Positions 49,647 to 63,737 are shown, numbered from the stretch's first letter. The stretch: 64,000 nt of DNA from Trichosphaerium sp. ATCC 40318 (GCA_038496445.1 JALMLS010000175.1:251753-315752), one strand, 5' to 3'. The notes: generated by a model not told the origin, from the sequence alone. Program-made: numbers and translations.

Positions 49647-50786
49647 ATGTCATCACGGAGTTCAAGGTCAGAGAGAAGAAAAAACAGCCACAGGAGGCAT
49701 CGACGCCGTAGAAGCAACTCAAAACACCGCAGTTTTGAGGATATTATAACAACACTGCCAAAGGAGATTTTATGCCTAATTTTCGAACAACTGCGCGATG
49801 TAGACCGCTTCAGGGTATCAGTATCATCTGTTTACCTATCCCTAATAATTCACTCCTTGGTTGGTTATAAGCGCGTTTACATCAATTCAACTAAAGGCGC
49901 AAGACTGCTGGCAAAGTACCCATATCTCTTGCAACACTCTGAGGTAGTATTGGATGGAAAACGTGATTTCAGAGCTATTGAATACCTCAATGGTGTGCGC
50001 AACATTAGTTTGAGAGAAAGCCAAGTTACCGACAAGTACTTAAAGTACCTGGAAGGAGTACATACTATATCTCTTTGGAACGCTCCAAACGTGACTGACG
50101 AAGGCTTCAAGTACCTCAAAGGCGCACACGATGTTGATTTGGGTTGGACCAGAGTCACCGATGAGAGCCTACCATATTTATCAGGAGTACACACTATCCT
50201 CTTGGGTGCTGCCAAAATTACAGATGAAGGATTGCGCCATCTCAAAGGAGTGCACACAATTAGCGTGTCACATACAAAAACCCTAACAGCACGTGGGTTG
50301 GCACACATTCAGGGTGCATACTCAATCCACTTTGGCAGCACGACACATGTTACTGATGATGCTTGTGAGTGTATCGGGCACTCACACCAAGTTAGTCTCG
50401 ATTGCTCCAATGTTAGAGATGATATGTTACAACATCTTGGTAATGTTACAATTCTACTACTGGGTTTTACTCTCTTGACAGGCAGCGGATTTGAACATCT
50501 GAAAAACGTTCGCGAGTTAAGCTTGACGGGTTGTAAGAGTTTGGAGGGTAAGTATTTTGCACACTTGAATGATTTGGTGTCATTGAATTTGAACTGCACA
50601 AATGTGACAGACAATGACATGCAGTTTATCAAAAACGTCGAGAACCTTTACCTATGGCGTACAGAAATAACAGAAAAGGGATTAGAATACTTAGAACATG
50701 TCAAGGCTTTCAATATTGATGGTGCTAAAGTGTCAAAAGCTGGACGTAAGAAGTTTGCTTACAAGTGTACTTTGGGCATTTTGTAA
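49647..50786 (+). CDS. F-box/LRR protein (copy 4) with Arg/Ser/His-rich N-terminus, intronless
   Basis: MSSRSSRSERRK..; F-box TLPKEILCLIFEQL; LxGVHTIxL..VTDEGxxxL repeats. Confidence 0.9.
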   Translation: MSSRSSRSERRKNSHRRHRRRRSNSKHRSFEDIITTLPKEILCLIFEQLRDVDRFRVSVSSVYLSLIIHSLVGYKRVYINSTKGARLLAKYPYLLQHSEVVLDGKRDFRAIEYLNGVRNISLRESQVTDKYLKYLEGVHTISLWNAPNVTDEGFKYLKGAHDVDLGWTRVTDESLPYLSGVHTILLGAAKITDEGLRHLKGVHTISVSHTKTLTARGLAHIQGAYSIHFGSTTHVTDDACECIGHSHQVSLDCSNVRDDMLQHLGNVTILLLGFTLLTGSGFEHLKNVRELSLTGCKSLEGKYFAHLNDLVSLNLNCTNVTDNDMQFIKNVENLYLWRTEITEKGLEYLEHVKAFNIDGAKVSKAGRKKFAYKCTLGIL

Positions 50787-50886
50787 AAAAAGAGGAAGGC
50801 AGGAAATAAATGTTAGTTGTGTTTACATCACTTTATTTGAGATAGTAATAATACTACTGTTCTGTTTAATGAATGCCAGCATGACA

Positions 50887-52175
50887 TTATTGTTGACTTA
50901 CATTTGAGTCACCACCTAGTACCACAGGAAATTCATCGGAGTCCAATATCTCTCCATGCTGCTTTCCGCCGTACTTTGGAGGAGAAACAACCCACGGACG
51001 TTTCTTTGAAATGGTAGCATCATCACCTTACAGGCGTTAGAAACTGTGGAATCTCAATGGGCTTACCTGTGAACCTAAATGCTACTGCACGCCTCAAAGA
51101 AGTTAAAGGATTACCAGGAGCTCCATGGAGAGCCTTGAAGTGAAACGCAATCACATCTAAAAAGCAAGTTAAATGAATAATGATTTTTTTGGTGGTTACC
51201 TCCTGGCTTCATGTCCCATCCAAGTGTTTCATATTTACCCTCATTTATTCCATCATTAATATTGCTGTCTATGAGTGGTTCATATCCATGTAGTGACCAA
51301 TCTGAGTCTTCCTTTGAAATGGTATAATTTTGAAGAGTTTCAAATTTGCGTGGAATGAACCTAACACCACACTTAGTGCTTCCCATCCCTGCAATGACTC
51401 TATGCACAATAATTGTATTAACCCTCCCTTACCATTTATTCCATCAATATCAGTTAAGAAAAAGGTAAAGAACAAAGAAGTAGTTGAATAAGAGTAATGA
51501 ATAGTTCAAAAAGATACTTGTGACTTCCCTTTATGTACTTCACACAGTTACCATTTTTAGATATATTATCCAACGGTATCCAAAAAGATACATTCTGTTT
51601 ACCGTCTACTGGATAATAACTTTGATCATGATGCCAAGGAGTATCCCTACAAGAAAAAAATTCAAAAAAAAAACCTAGTCTTCACATTTCGACAACAAAA
51701 AAAAAACATGTGTGCGAGCATGCTCCTCAACATGATTCTCGACCTCATTAAGAGTTGCATGAAAATAAGCAATAACATAAAGCCTTAATAGGCAAAATAC
51801 CTTGATGTTCCTGGAGTCTTTACAAGCACGTGATCATGATAAAAATTGACTTTTTCTGTTTTCATGAGTTGTTTAGCAATTTTTGACATTGGAGATTCAA
51901 AAATAAACTTTCTGAATTCAGGAACGCTTCTCCAAGTACATAAATCATTAAAAAACCATGCTCCTATCGATCGATTTATTGTTTGATCAAATAAAACGGA
52001 AAACCGTACCGCTCGCGTCAGCATTGTTAGATAATGTTTCGGAAAGATCACTTGGGTTATCTAGAACAGTTTGTACACCGCGTTCTAGTTTATCAAGCCA
52101 TTCTTTTGAAATAACGTTTCTAAGACACACAGCGCCTTCATCTGCGTACTTTTGTACTATAGTAGCATCAAGCAT
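50887..52175 (-). CDS. Phytanoyl-CoA dioxygenase (PhyH) family 2OG-Fe(II) oxygenase
   Basis: FYHDHVLVKTPG, TPWHHDQSYYP, FWIPLD, GSH, WDMKPGDVIAFHFKALHGA, RRA.AFRF.GDD. Confidence 0.92.
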
Positions 52176-52411
52176 TGTTGCGGTGATGGCGTAAGGCGGT
52201 CAAATGGCGTTTTTCGCACACAATTCTGTTTCACAGAACAAGGAAAAAGTGTCTCAATGCTTTCTGTCCGCAACTTGTTGCCTGTTGAAAACTATCAAGA
52301 TGTAAATGTCAACGTATCATTTTTTTGTAGAACGTGAGAATCACGTGAATAACTGAAGTGGAGAAACATTGAGGTTTTCTTTTCTTTTTTTTTTTTTACA
52401 AACAATGGCGT

Positions 52412-54279
52412 TTAAAGTCTATTACGCTTAGTAACCTTCCAAAATTTCGCTTCATGTGGTGTTGCTGTAACCAAAACATCATTATGAGCGAGCCATGTGA
52501 GACCTGAGGAAAGAATACATTAAGAAAGAGAAAGACGAAAAGATAAAACTAACCTGTCAAACCTCTATTGTGATTCATTCTTTCACAACCACCAGTAGCA
52601 TAATCCCAAACTGAAGACTCTTTATCGCAAGCAACAGCAAAGGAATCCCCAAAATTAGACCATCTAACATATCTTAAGTAACATGCTATCACATCGAGAC
52701 GCACTGGAAGGATTTTGCGGCTACACCATCAACACCGTGTACAATCCCATTAATTTGCTCTTGTTTCCCTCCTCTAAGCCTCCAAATATACCAATGTGTA
52801 CCAGATACTGCTCCCATGAGTGAAGCCTCTCTACATACATATTAAGAAACTAATTTATTCTACACCTTGTCGTACCTTTTATTCCAGTGTGCTTCCTACA
52901 AAGAAAGAAAAATATGTTAGAATTTTGATGTAAAAATAAAACAAAGAAAACTCTTGGCGAGACGTACTATTAGAGGTGTCCTACTCGCTCGTAACATAGC
53001 AACTGGATTTCTTTCACGAACATCTCGTACGGTTATAGTACCAGATAGTTCAGCACACATAAACTAAGGATGTTAAGCCAAGTACAAAGTTGCAATTAAA
53101 AAAACTAAGACAAGTTTCTTTTTTTTTGTAGTTTAGTCTGCCTATCCGTACCAAGTTCGGTAGTTGATAATTAAAATCGCAAGACATTCCTGGAGACTTT
53201 GTACCATAAATAGCTATTTCTGATTGCGATGCAACATCCCAAAGAATAACACGTTTGTCATCTTAATATTAAAAAAATTAACTGACAAGTAAGTGACAGT
53301 TGTAACATTCTCTTGAGGTCTCTTTCGACCATAATGGTTTTCTGTAAGTTCATTGATAACACGTACCTCCAACACTTAAAAGCAAGCTACCATCAGGAGA
53401 AAACGCAGTAGCATTAATATAACTATCATGTGAACCCAACTCAACATCAGTTGTAGCTTTTTCAGTATGCGTAAAATATCGTATTGTACGCGCTCCAGTA
53501 GATACAGCCATACTAAAAAACCGCATGAATAAACTTGATAAAAAATATCAACAAGAGAGGAAGGGCAGTAAACGCCGTTTAAGCTGAAAATGAGGTTTCA
53601 AAAAAATCTTAAGTTTGTACCAGACTTTTGTTTGTTGTGTTGGATTTTCAATTGTAGGAGAAGCTGACGCAGGAGACCAACATATATGCGCTGCTCTTGA
53701 GCTCAATTGAAGCTCTGTGACGGGTGTCAAAGTAGTACAAGGTTCAAGACCGCTATAGAAGTGTAAGGAAGTCATCAGTGAATAGAATATTCCGCGTATT
53801 ACGCGAATAGCGAAACTTACCGTTCTTCCAAAGCTCTAGCATTTTCCATGTCGGTTTTAAGTACGACTACGCTCGATGATGTACCTACCGTTGTCATTGA
53901 TTGCTTACAATTTGATTTTTCTTACCATAAGCCAATACTGCTGGAGACGTCAAAAATGGGCTCGAAGAGATACAAGTACTCGGTTTAGAGCTACGTTAAG
54001 GCTGTCAGAAATTGTACAAACCGCGCCATGTTTTAAATATTCGTTTACAACGTACAGCTTTTCTTCGTGTATAGGTATTAATTTTCTTTGCTGTTGATGT
54101 CTAATTGAAAAAAATGGCTCTCTAGTCGTTTGAAATATGTCTTGAGTAACCGGTACAGATGGTGCGAACAGCTGGGGCTTAGGTTGAGTCCTTAATGCGC
54201 TTGCAATGATACTTTTTGGTGGAGAGTCCCAAATAACGCGCCTATTGGCTTGTGGCGCTATAATAGGTTCTTTTTCCAT
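52412..54279 (-). CDS. NUP37: WD40 nucleoporin Nup37-like
   Basis: ICWSP, GSHDSYINATAFSP..LLSVGDDK..ILWD, SPGMSCDF, MCAELSGTI match the Nup37 pattern. Confidence 0.7.
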
Positions 54280-54400
54280 TATACAATTGTGCTAATAGGG
54301 TCTTACAGCATCACAAAACAAAAAATCTTTCTGCGCAACAACTTAAACTAAACATTCGGTTAAGTATTTTATTATATTGATAAACTGCTTTTGTTCTTTT

Positions 54401-56647
54401 CTACAAGTGAGAGTCTCTGAATAGAGGCGTCCAGTTTTCACAAACATCAAACCGTAATGCGTCTAGTGTTTGCATAGTGACTTTCGAGTCTAGTTGAAGG
54501 ACATTACGCTCAGCAGCTGAATATTGTTCCCAAACAACTCCATCAGTTTTAGGTACTCCAGTACTCAAAGAACGCCATAAACTATTCATTGTAGTAGATA
54601 GTTTCTCATCCGCTTCAGCAAATGTAACAGTTGTGACTCTATCAACACTTGTCCTGTGAAACACATATGGTACTATCAACAAGTGAGTCACACATGCAAA
54701 GAACTAAGAAGAAAAAAATTGCGTACACTCGCTGGCATGTGTTGCGTTTAGGAAAGCTATTGGAGAAGGTGGTGTACGAGTAAAGTGATAGCGATATACA
54801 GGGCTTAACTGGTTTTCAGCAATTACGTTTGCAACCAAGTGAGCGCCACATGCAATAGCGTAGTCACCAAAGATATCAGCAAAATTTATCCAGTAATCAG
54901 TATTGGTCGTGCCAGTCATCAAAGGTTTATACCTAAAAATGACACGTGATTAATAAAGTATAAACAAACAACAAAAATCCTTGTGCAACTTACCACTGCT
55001 TAACCTTATCAGCAACACCGTATATTGTGCCGAAAGTAGAGTCAATCAGACTGTTGTATTCAATATAATTCATTCCTAGTGGAAGAAGTTACAAAAAGAG
55101 TTAGAGCTAGAAGAACAATTGACATTTGCTTACGCACCTTGTTTTGGTGTGATTTTAAAAGCAATTTCGTAAAGGAATATATTTCCTTCGTCCTTGTTTG
55201 TTCCTATTATAAGAGGTACTCTAGAATAATCGCCCTTCATAAAAGTTTTGAGAGGTTGCTCAGGAAGCAACCAAGTTCCAACAGTTGGTGCCCATAATCC
55301 CTATAAATCTTGTCAACACTCTTTTAACAAAGTTTGTCGTACCACATCATCTTGAAGGGACATAGGATCAACCTTTTGTAGGCACCTGATACCATTAGTA
55401 CTAATCAAACACGTTGGTATAAACGTACTCGAATTGGTTCTGTGGGGAGCCAAAACATAAGTGAAGAGTAGAAAGTGCATCAGCTTGGTCCATCATAACA
55501 TCATATGGTACCAAATACCACGGTCCAGGACTCTCTGCGATTACACTTTGATGCGTTAGTATTGAAAAATAGTGTTGGTTCCTTATACCCATTAAATTTT
55601 GTTTGCTGGAACAACATATGAAGCATGACACTTGATCCACCAGCTGACTCTCCAAAAATAATTGTGCTATCTGGGTCTCCATTAAAGTAGTGGATATTCT
55701 CTTCTACCCAACGTAGGGCAAGAATTTGATCCTGGAGACCAGCATTTGAAGCTCCGATACTATTAGTATAATCGTTGGCAAAGAATCCAAACACGTTTAG
55801 GCGATACCTATCAAAAGGAAGTCAGCTCTGTAATTTTTGATACGATTTCGTAATTTTAATTTAAACGGAGAAATATCACGTGTTGTCAAACGTACTGTAT
55901 TGTTACGTATATAGCGTTCTCGCGAACTGTTAGTTCATCTGCGGGAAATTGAGATGACCCACCACCGACGTAAGCGCCACCATGTACTAAAAAGGTAAGC
56001 ATGCTGATTAGGCAAATACAGACAAAATAGCTAAGAATTCTTACTGTATACAAAAACATCAAATTTCTGGCCTTCTTCAGCGTCTACTGGAGTGAAAATG
56101 TTCAAGTATAGGCAATCTTCACTCAGGGTCATGTTGTGTTTGCGTTGGAAGGAAGGTAGCACTTGTACACACCAATTCTGAAAACTGTAACAACGAGTTA
56201 TACTATGATGTAGGAAATGCTATGTACATACGTTTTAGCTGGTCTAGTGAATACCCAGCCATCATGACGCTCAGGAGAGCGAAAACGAAGATTCCCAACA
56301 GGTGCCTTTGCAAATGGTATTCCTATAGGTCGTCAGAGTGGTTGTGTGTATGCGTAGTACCATAAAAACCCCTGAATGCTTTGCCTTCGCTAGTTTGTCC
56401 TAAATAATTTCGATAAGAGAGTTTTGAAGGTTTGACGCCAAATTATACAGTATGGGCGGTATTGAAATCTGTTTGAGTTGAAATTCGAAATACTTTTCTG
56501 TTTGGTACAATTTGGTTTAAGCTGCGATTTCGTACCTCTGAAGCCTTCTAGAGGACCTGAGTTAGTCCCAACATACAACGGCAAAGTCGCTGGAGTTACA
56601 AACTCCAAAAGTAAGCAAAACGCTACCAAGGCGATCACTTGTCGCAT
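54401..56647 (-). CDS. Type-B carboxylesterase, secreted
   Basis: GIPFAKAPVGNLRF, SEDCLYLNIFTP, HGGAY, YRLNVFGF, NAGLQDQILALRWV.ENI..F.GDP..IIFGESAGG, THASE. Confidence 0.95.
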
Positions 56648-56856
56648 GTTGTTGCTTTTTAATACCGTGTGCCTTTGTATTGTTTTGACTCTTTTAGACT
56701 GCGATGCTGTCGCCGTTATTGCTTTTGGGCTAGCTTATTCGTGCTGTACTATACGCCACGTGCTTTTTTGTATCGGAAAACAGGCCTACTTTGCTGTTTT
56801 GTTCAAAACAAAAATAAGTTAAATTTCGCAAACTTGTTTTTCACAACGCTAGAAGC

Positions 56857-58348
56857 ATGTCAACCCAGTGGCTGAACCTAGTGTTGGTATTCCTTCTAGG
56901 CATATTTTTGGGGTCGTTAGCAAACAGTGGCCCTGGACCTAATGATAAATACAACCTTGAAGATGTAGCACCCATGGTAAAGCCTTCAGTAGTAACAGTA
57001 TTCGTTTGGAGCGTGAATGAGAAACTTATCTCAAGCGGAAGCGGTTTTTTTGTTCGCCCTGGCCTTGTCGCTACTACTAGACATACATTGGAGAAACCTG
57101 ATGCGCACTATGTAACAATGGAAACAAACGACGATGATGAAAAACAACGAAAGGTTTACATAGCAGATTCTGTAGTAGCAGACGATCGCATAAGCGATTT
57201 ATTAATTTTGAAGGTGCGTAAATCAAATTAAACTAAAAGAAAATCTACGTTCTATTTTACAACGCCGTTTGCGTCTACTAGCATATATAACGCTGTTGGA
57301 GGTGTCACAAAAATAATTACTGACCGTTCATACAATAGGTTTCACCATCAGAGAACCCAAACCAACAGTTTGTTGTACTGAACGATAATTTCAGCCTCGG
57401 CGAAGATATTTTCTCGATAGCGAGCCCACACGGGTTCATGGGTGTTATTTCAAGAGGTACAATTATTTCCTGCGTTATCGTTTGTCCCGTACTAACTAGG
57501 CTCGCAGGAATAATATCAGGATGGCGTTTCAAGCAAGTGCCAGATTTTTGTTACACAATTGATGCTTCAGTATCCTATGGCTCTTCTGGTGCACCTGTAT
57601 TTAATTACAAGGTACGAAGTCACGAGGTTCCCGTCGGTTGACTCAAAAACCCCAAAAACAAAAAAAAACGACCACTGTGACATCTCTACAAAACCCGTTT
57701 CGACTTTGTTGTATGTTCCCCTAACATTTTATTATAAAGGGTGAAGCTATTGGTATGATATCTGGATTTATTACAAACCAGGAGGATAGACACGTTAACA
57801 ATCTAAACTTTGTTATTTCTGCCAGCAGGTATTTTTTTTGATATGTCTTATTTTATGGTTTTTTCGATTGTGTCTGTAGCCTTTAGGCTACTCCTACCAT
57901 CTATTGTTTTGTGCCATTATTGGTAGACGTTTAGAGCTAATTGAGGGCTTAGAATTGCTCGTGTCATGTCTACAATGGAAGAGGATTTGGATGAATCTGA
58001 GAATGAAACATGCTCCAGAATCGCTATTGACCAATGGGTTGATTATAATGTACCAAAGAATCTTGGTATTATTGAGCGTATATTCTCTGGTGCGTTTGAT
58101 GATAATTTATTCACTTTCTAAACTCACAACATACTTCTTTGAATGAAGCTAACTGTTATTTTTAATTAGGCATGAGAAATCTCACACGTCACGTGTGGGG
58201 TGATGTAGGTTCAGATCTTTTTGCACCTGATCCACTTCAACAGTTTGGTATCAGTAGGAGTATGTTTCATGATACTGCAATTAATACATTTGCGGATAAT
58301 TATTCAATCAGGAACTCTGATACTCAAAACGAAAACATTGACTTGTGA
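56857..58348 (+). CDS. Trypsin-like (HtrA/S1C-type) serine protease without PDZ; signal peptide or anchor
   Basis: SGSGFFV..VATTRH (His), DLLILKV (Asp), IDASVSYGSSGAPVFN..GEAIGMI (Ser). Confidence 0.82.
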
Positions 58349-58511
58349 ATTTATGAATAGTACTCTCACTATCTTCGTTGTACATAATAAAACCCTTGTA
58401 ACACTACCCACGTTATTGTACTCTATCTTGAGTGTTTCTAGAAGTCTTTCAGACGATTCAGTGTTTTCTTCCGTTGACTTTGTTTGTAACACTCCGGTTT
58501 ACTATTAAACG

Positions 58512-61105
58512 ATGTTACGCTGCGTTAACAGACTCTCTTGCGTTAATACGCGCTCGTACGATAACCGTTCTATTAAAACGTTATCGCGCTCTGCCACAAC
58601 GTATGAAAATCTGTTAGGAGGGCAATCTGAGGTAAGTAGGCCAATGTTTAACTATTTCAGTTTAACTTATCTACCCAGTTACCCAGACTGCCTCTACCAA
58701 AGCTAGAAGATACACTTGAGCGATATCAGCAGTTTGCTAAACCGATTTTAAACGATGAAGAGTATACTCAACTTCAAAGTGATATTAAAGACTTCGTCGC
58801 CAATGGTACGCTAAATTAAGCATCGGAGAATGCCTAACTTTAATTTAGGCCAAGATCTCCAAGAAGATTTAGTAACACTCGATAAACAGACCCCACACTC
58901 TAGTTGGATACAAGGATTTTGGACTACAATGTATTTAGAGGACAGGTAAGAAAAAAACGTTCATGAGTCTTCTTTTCGGTTGGGAAATTTGCCTGTCCCA
59001 ACGCAAGCTTTATTTACAGCGTAAAAGATGCTTCCTTTGCGCGTTAAACTATTTTGACATGTTATTTTCTAATTTTGTTTTTAAGATACCAGACGCCTAT
59101 CTATAGCTCTCCTTTCTTTGTGTTTTCTGAAGACCCTGTTACATCGAGTCTTGGTAAAGATCAAGATCCTCAATTACACAGAGCAGCTCGTCTGGCTAAG
59201 GCTAGTGCGGACTGGGCTGAGAAATTGTTTAGTGACCAAATGCCACGTGAAGTTGTAAAGGTATGGCACCTAAAGTTTATAAAAGTTATGCATGCTGAAG
59301 AGGTATTAGGGTACTCCACTATGTATGTCTCAAGTTCCAAAAGTGCTTGGGTGTCGTATACCAGGAGCACCACGTGATCAACATATTTCAAACACGTCAA
59401 CTCATGTGATGGTTTATGTCAGCGGATCACCTTTTTCGGTGCGTTCAAAAGCGACTTCTAAAAAAGGTAAGGTCGAAACTGAGCGTTTTTTTCTAGCTTC
59501 AAATTCTTGATGGCAACTACAAAGCTCGATCTCTTGAAGATATATACAGTGACCTAGCATGGATTAGAACCGAAGGAATACATAAAGCTTCTAGCTTAAA
59601 TGCTAGGTATGACCCAGGTGTATTATCCGCCCTTCCTCGTGCGGACTGGGCAAAATATAGGCAATCGTTGCTGACAACAAATAAGGACGTCTTCGACCAG
59701 ATAGAGGTAACTAACCCGTGTTTTTTTTCCTTCAAATTTTCCAGTCTTTGTTTGCTCTTTTTGGTGTCCTTGCTTTTGTTCGGTTTTGTTATTTATGATG
59801 TTGTATTTTTAGAGTTCTTTGTTTGGATTATGTCTTGATGATACAATGCCTGCTAATAAAGAAGAAGAATCACGTTCATATTTTCATGGAAATGGATATA
59901 ATAGAAACTTTGATCATACTATTCAATTCATTGTTAACCGAGATGGATCATCAGGAGTGAATATGGAGCATTCTAGTATAGATGGACATACAGCAATGGG
60001 TTTCTCAGAAGCTGCGCATGTAGGCGCTGTAGCCATTGGAGTAAGTGTTTTGATTTTATTCTTTTTTTTAGTTGTTGCGATACGCTCTGGTCTAACTACG
60101 CTCTTAGGGTGTACCCTTGACAGGTAAAATTTCTGGTGAAGGGTCTTCCACTGCAAATGGATACGATTGGAAGTTAGATGGAGAACAAAAGGCATTTATA
60201 CATGATGCAAGAGCAGAGTTTTACAAGTTTAGTAGTGGAGCGAATGCCCGCGTTTTGAACTTTGATGATTTCGGTAAGAAGCATATCACAAAGGAGCTTG
60301 GTCTTAGCCCAGACAGTTTTGTGCAAGTACGTTATCTTTTATAACTGAATTTTTACTTCAATCTTTATTTTGAGCCTTGTAATGTCGTCAGACGGAGAAA
60401 CACTCCGTCAAGGCTTTTGTTAGATGTTTCTGTTTTTTTTTCTGGTTGTTTACTTTTCTTGTTAGGCTGCCATACAGCTTGCTAATTACAGGCTGAGAAA
60501 TGCTCATGTATCTACTTATGAAAGCAGTATGACAAAGCATTTCTTACATGGTCGTACTGAGACTGTAAGATCAGCTACTCCAGAGACAGTAGCTCTTTGT
60601 GAACTTTTTGATAAAAAAGGAGTTCCACCACAAGAAATAGTTGAAGCAATAAAGAAAGGTACGCCTTTCATCATGGACACTACGCACAATACCCCTACTG
60701 ACATTCTTGCCTTTCTTAGCTACGATTGCTCACTCTCAAGTGAACAAATTGACAAAAGAAGGATGTGGTGTTGATCGTCACTTACAAGGTCTTCGTTGGT
60801 TAGCATTACAAAGAAGTCAAAGAATAGAAGGATATAAACTACCTTCGTTATTTACATCACCTATATACACAAAGTATATGGGTAATATGTTATCTACATC
60901 AAACTGTCCTTCTGATGCTGTTGATATCTTCGGATTTGGACCTGTAAATGCTGATGGACTTGGTATTGGTTACATGGTTAAGAATGATTCTATTCCTGGT
61001 TATATCACTTCTTTTGATGGTGCTTCTGTTGATTGTCATAGATTTACTGTAGGTTTAAAGAAAGCACTTCAAGATATTTCTTCTGTAATCAAAAACAACA
61101 AGTAA
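58512..61105 (+). CDS. Carnitine O-acyltransferase (CPT2/CrAT family), predicted mitochondrial
   Basis: Arg/Ser-rich presequence; LPRLPLPKLEDTL, EHSSIDG, SPDSFVQ..IQLA, YESSMTKHFLHGRTETVRS, GVDRHL, LSTSN, FGFGPV..DGLGIGY. Confidence 0.93.
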
Positions 61106-61677
61106 CATGTTGTGTTTGGTTGAGTAAAAAACAGCAAATAAAGTGTATTTCTTTCTTGTAAGTTTCGTTTTATGTAAAAGTGAGCCATGTCACTTATGTT
61201 TCTTGTAGCAATATTTTTCGTCTTTGGCTTTCTGCTCCGTAGCTGAGGTTTTGCGTCATATTTTTTCTACATCATGCAGCCACGCTTTACATTTTCAAAA
61301 GAATATTGGTTTGTAGTGTCATACATTACCAAGGCACCGTGAACACGTCGATAGTTACCTCTATAATGACCTGTTCTGAATCTTTCTTGACCTAAAACAC
61401 GTTAAATCAATGCTTTTCAAAAACTGTTCCTTACCTGCGTGTATCCCAAATTAGTAATTTAACATGGTTGTCATACGTGGATAGTTTTTGTATTCTACAA
61501 TATGCAAAAAACCAAAGGTCAGGAGCTTTTTGGACAAACTTTGCTTGCCAACAAACAAATTGTAACTGTTGCTTTTGATACCGTACTTTTTTCGTTGCAA
61601 GAAAAAGGTATGTCACTGAGACTTTACTTAATGACTTGACTTCTAAAATTGTATCTCTTAACCAATCGCATCAAATA

Positions 61678-63198
61678 ATGGGTTTACCAGGTGTTTCAGT
61701 CGAACAAGTAATCACGTACTATTGTGATAGCCACAAGGAAGAGTTTAGCAAAATCGTTGTAAAAGAACGTGAAGTGTTCATAAATCAAGTTGAAAGTATC
61801 TTAAACGTTGCAAACAAGACACTTTTACAACAATTAGACCACTTTCTCCTTAAACGCTGTCATACAACCGATGATACAACCAAGCAGCTCGCAATACACT
61901 CTAAAGACACAAATTTGGCCAATACGCAAACCTTGGACTCGGACACGAAGATACCGAAACACAAACAAACAAGACAGTAAGAGAGTCATATTTTTCTTCA
62001 AACAGATTCTGTACTAACAATTGGTAATTGAACAGGAAACAACCAAGTCCATACAAAGTAGAGAACATTCTCAATTTCCCTCCAGAGGTTATATCGACGA
62101 TTATCCGACATACTGAAGCCAAAACAAGATTCGCTGTTGCTCAGTCATGTCATCTAATGGCTGATGTCATCCATCATGTTGTTGGATACAAAAAGGTGTT
62201 TGTTTCTTCAATTCCAGATATTCTAAAGATCAGACAGTACAGCGGTGATGAATAACAGCATTATCACAATGAATGTTGAAAACAACACTTTGTTTTCGTT
62301 GTTGGCTGGATGTCGATACATTGATACTTCGTTCAAAAGAACCTCAAAGGAACATAGAAAAAGTGGTGCTATCAATGATAATGATCTGAAAGCACTCTCA
62401 GGAGTACACTATATTTGTCTTTATAGCTGCAAACACGTGACAGATGAAGGTATCAAGTTACTTGCAGGTGTTCATACGATTGATCTGCTTGGAACTTCAG
62501 TGACGGATGATGGAATCAAAGCACTTGCAGGTGTTCACACCATTGATATTGCATATTGTGCCAATGTGACGGATGAAGGAATCAAGGCATTAAAGGGAGT
62601 ACATGCCATCAACCTTATTCGTACCTCAGTGACAGATGAAGGTATTAAAGCACTCGCAGGAGTTCACACCATTCGTCTTAATAGGTGTGCAATATCAGAT
62701 GATGGTATTTCAGCGTTATCAGGTGTTCACACTATTTTTCTTTATGAGACTCCAGTTACTGATAAAGGTATCAAAGCACTATCAGGTGTTCATACTATTC
62801 ATCTTGGAGGTACTTCAGTGACGGATGAAGGTATCAAAGCGCTCAAAGGAGTTCATACAATCGACCTTTCTCGTACTGTGGTCACTGATGAAGGTATTAA
62901 AGCACTTGCAGGTGTCCATGCCATCAATCTTGATAGTACTTCAGTGACAGATGAAGGTGTTAGAGCCTTATCAGGTGTCCATACAATTGGCCTTGGTAAC
63001 TGTGATCAAATTACAGATGAAGCTGTTCGATCATTAAAAGGACTGTACGCTGTTTCACAATCTGTTATTAATCATAAGCATCGTGAGTTGGGAGATGCAA
63101 AAGGTGTTTATTTGATGAATTATTTTATTGAATATTCTTTGGGACAGCCAGATCTCACCGTACATAGCAAATTTCATAGGACTGTACGCATTTACTGA
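61678..63198 (+). CDS. F-box/LRR protein (copy 5): one intron, frameshift near 62245; possible pseudogene or assembly error
   Basis: Exon 1 splices (gtaaga..aacag) into ILNFPPEVISTIIRH..RFAVAQSCHL; the frame ends at 62255 while ten LRRs follow in another frame. Confidence 0.75.
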
Positions 63199-63737
63199 AT
63201 CAAGGTTACAAGTATCTCTTCCAAAACCCCGTAGAAATATGATAGACCTAAAAATCGTATGTAAGCCCAAGACCAAGTAAAATTGTTAACGGTTTTATTT
63301 AACCAACTCTACCATATGGCTGTTACTTATTTTCTCAGGTAGGTTTCCATCCATATTTCTTCTTTGCAGGTAGTATTCGTTCCAAGGACCAGCACCACAC
63401 GAATTGTCCTCAACACGAATTATCGTCAATAAGAAAAACTCCTATACTATGAACAAGATACCACCTAATCTCCACTATTGTACTCAAGACACATGAGTTA
63501 TGTCAAGTGAGTATTGATAAGCAAGCGCCAGGGTAGTGTTGTTTATTACTAGCTGTCGCATTTCAAACACGTGTTTGAGAACACAGAGCTGTGTAGCACA
63601 AAAAGTTGTTTCGCGGAATCAGTAAGCCACTGCATTTACAGCGCCCCACTTGAAGAGTTCCGCAGCCAAATAATCACAAGTGGGTTGACAAGGTGATAAC
63701 CCAAGTTTCATTTTTGTGTTGTTGCAAGAAACGTCCG

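Noticed and set aside
10479-50632. Long antisense ORFs such as 10479-10946, 12043-12492, 44257-44535 and 49877-50632
   Set aside because: Shadows of real genes on the opposite strand with no independent motifs
63200-63737. Protein-like fragment between the duplicated F-box/LRR units
   Set aside because: Interrupted by stops with no identifiable family
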